Source: a virus (Duplodnaviria > Caudoviricetes). From it: 28,219 nt of DNA. The position numbers and the translations under genes were made by a program. How positions within the stretch are numbered: position 1 is the first letter of the stretch; each line of letters begins with the position of its first letter. Below are positions 28,010 to 28,219 of this stretch, one piece after another. The DNA is taken from IMG/VR virus record IMGVR_UViG_3300030331_005938, positions 1 through 28,219 of that record; one strand, 5' to 3'. The notes beneath the pieces are model-generated. The model was not told the DNA's origin, did no database searches, and saw only the letters and a list, made by a program, of their open reading frames with translations.

Positions 28010-28219
28010 CTAATTCTGGTTCAATATTAATACTTACCTCTTCTTCTGGTTCAAATGGAAGTCTTTCTTTCCTTTCTTTTGCTGTTTTCCAGAAATAATT
28101 CTCTTCTGAACCCAATCCATCACGATCATGACCGTTTTCCACCTGATAATACACGGTTGAAACCTTAAAATCGGGATTCTTAGGTGTCTCAGGAGTGATA
28201 CTGTTGTCATATATCCTCA
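28005..28219 (-). CDS. C-terminal part of a conserved cyanophage hypothetical protein (5' end outside window)
   Basis: Open frame ..RIYDNSITPETPKNPDFKVSTVYYQVENGHDRDGLGSEENYFWKTAKERK...EPELG*. Resembles a conserved hypothetical found upstream of gp25 in T4-like cyanophages (from memory). Confidence 0.85.
   Translation of the reverse strand, partial: RIYDNSITPETPKNPDFKVSTVYYQVENGHDRDGLGSEENYFWKTAKERKERLPFEPEEEVSINIEPELG

Noticed and set aside
1-28219. No gene ends in TAG, suggesting possible stop-codon recoding
   Set aside because: Long ORFs translate fully under the standard code with no in-frame TAG. TAA preference is normal at this AT content.
1-28219. Apparent absence of GCGC and CGCG
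   Set aside because: Too few are expected given low GCG and CGC counts to infer avoidance from this window.
1-28219. CRISPR array, DGR template/variable repeats, tRNAs, intrinsic terminators
   Set aside because: No long nucleotide repeats, cloverleafs or GC-rich hairpins with U-tracts seen. Intergenic gaps are under 60 nt.

Overview
AT-rich (roughly 30% GC by eye) segment of a T4-like myovirus genome, most consistent with a marine cyanomyovirus (Kyanoviridae, Prochlorococcus-phage-like). All real genes are on the minus strand and form the late baseplate/neck module. In transcription order: conserved hypothetical (partial), 43-aa ORF (missed by the ORF track), gp25, gp6, giant gp7 (3597 aa), gp8, VrlC-like/DUF4815 virion protein (2456 aa), 74-aa coiled coil, a four-gene fibre cassette, gp13, gp14, gp15 (runs off the left end; missed by the ORF track). 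T4-type late promoters ((T/N)ATAAATA) precede several genes. I saw no RNA genes, introns, inteins, CRISPR arrays or mobile elements. The most notable signals are not gene-level. (1) GGWCC appears absent, with all 10 Gly-Pro dipeptides using otherwise rare GGC/GGG codons, which points to selection against an AvaII-type site. (2) A G-[IVL]-G-[ST] peptide motif is scattered through unrelated virion proteins but missing from gp6, gp25 and gp15. (3) The gp25 leader is structured. (4) A split, degenerate YHYH-like domain lies in gp7. Gene calls come from remembered family motifs and synteny, and motif counts are manual.
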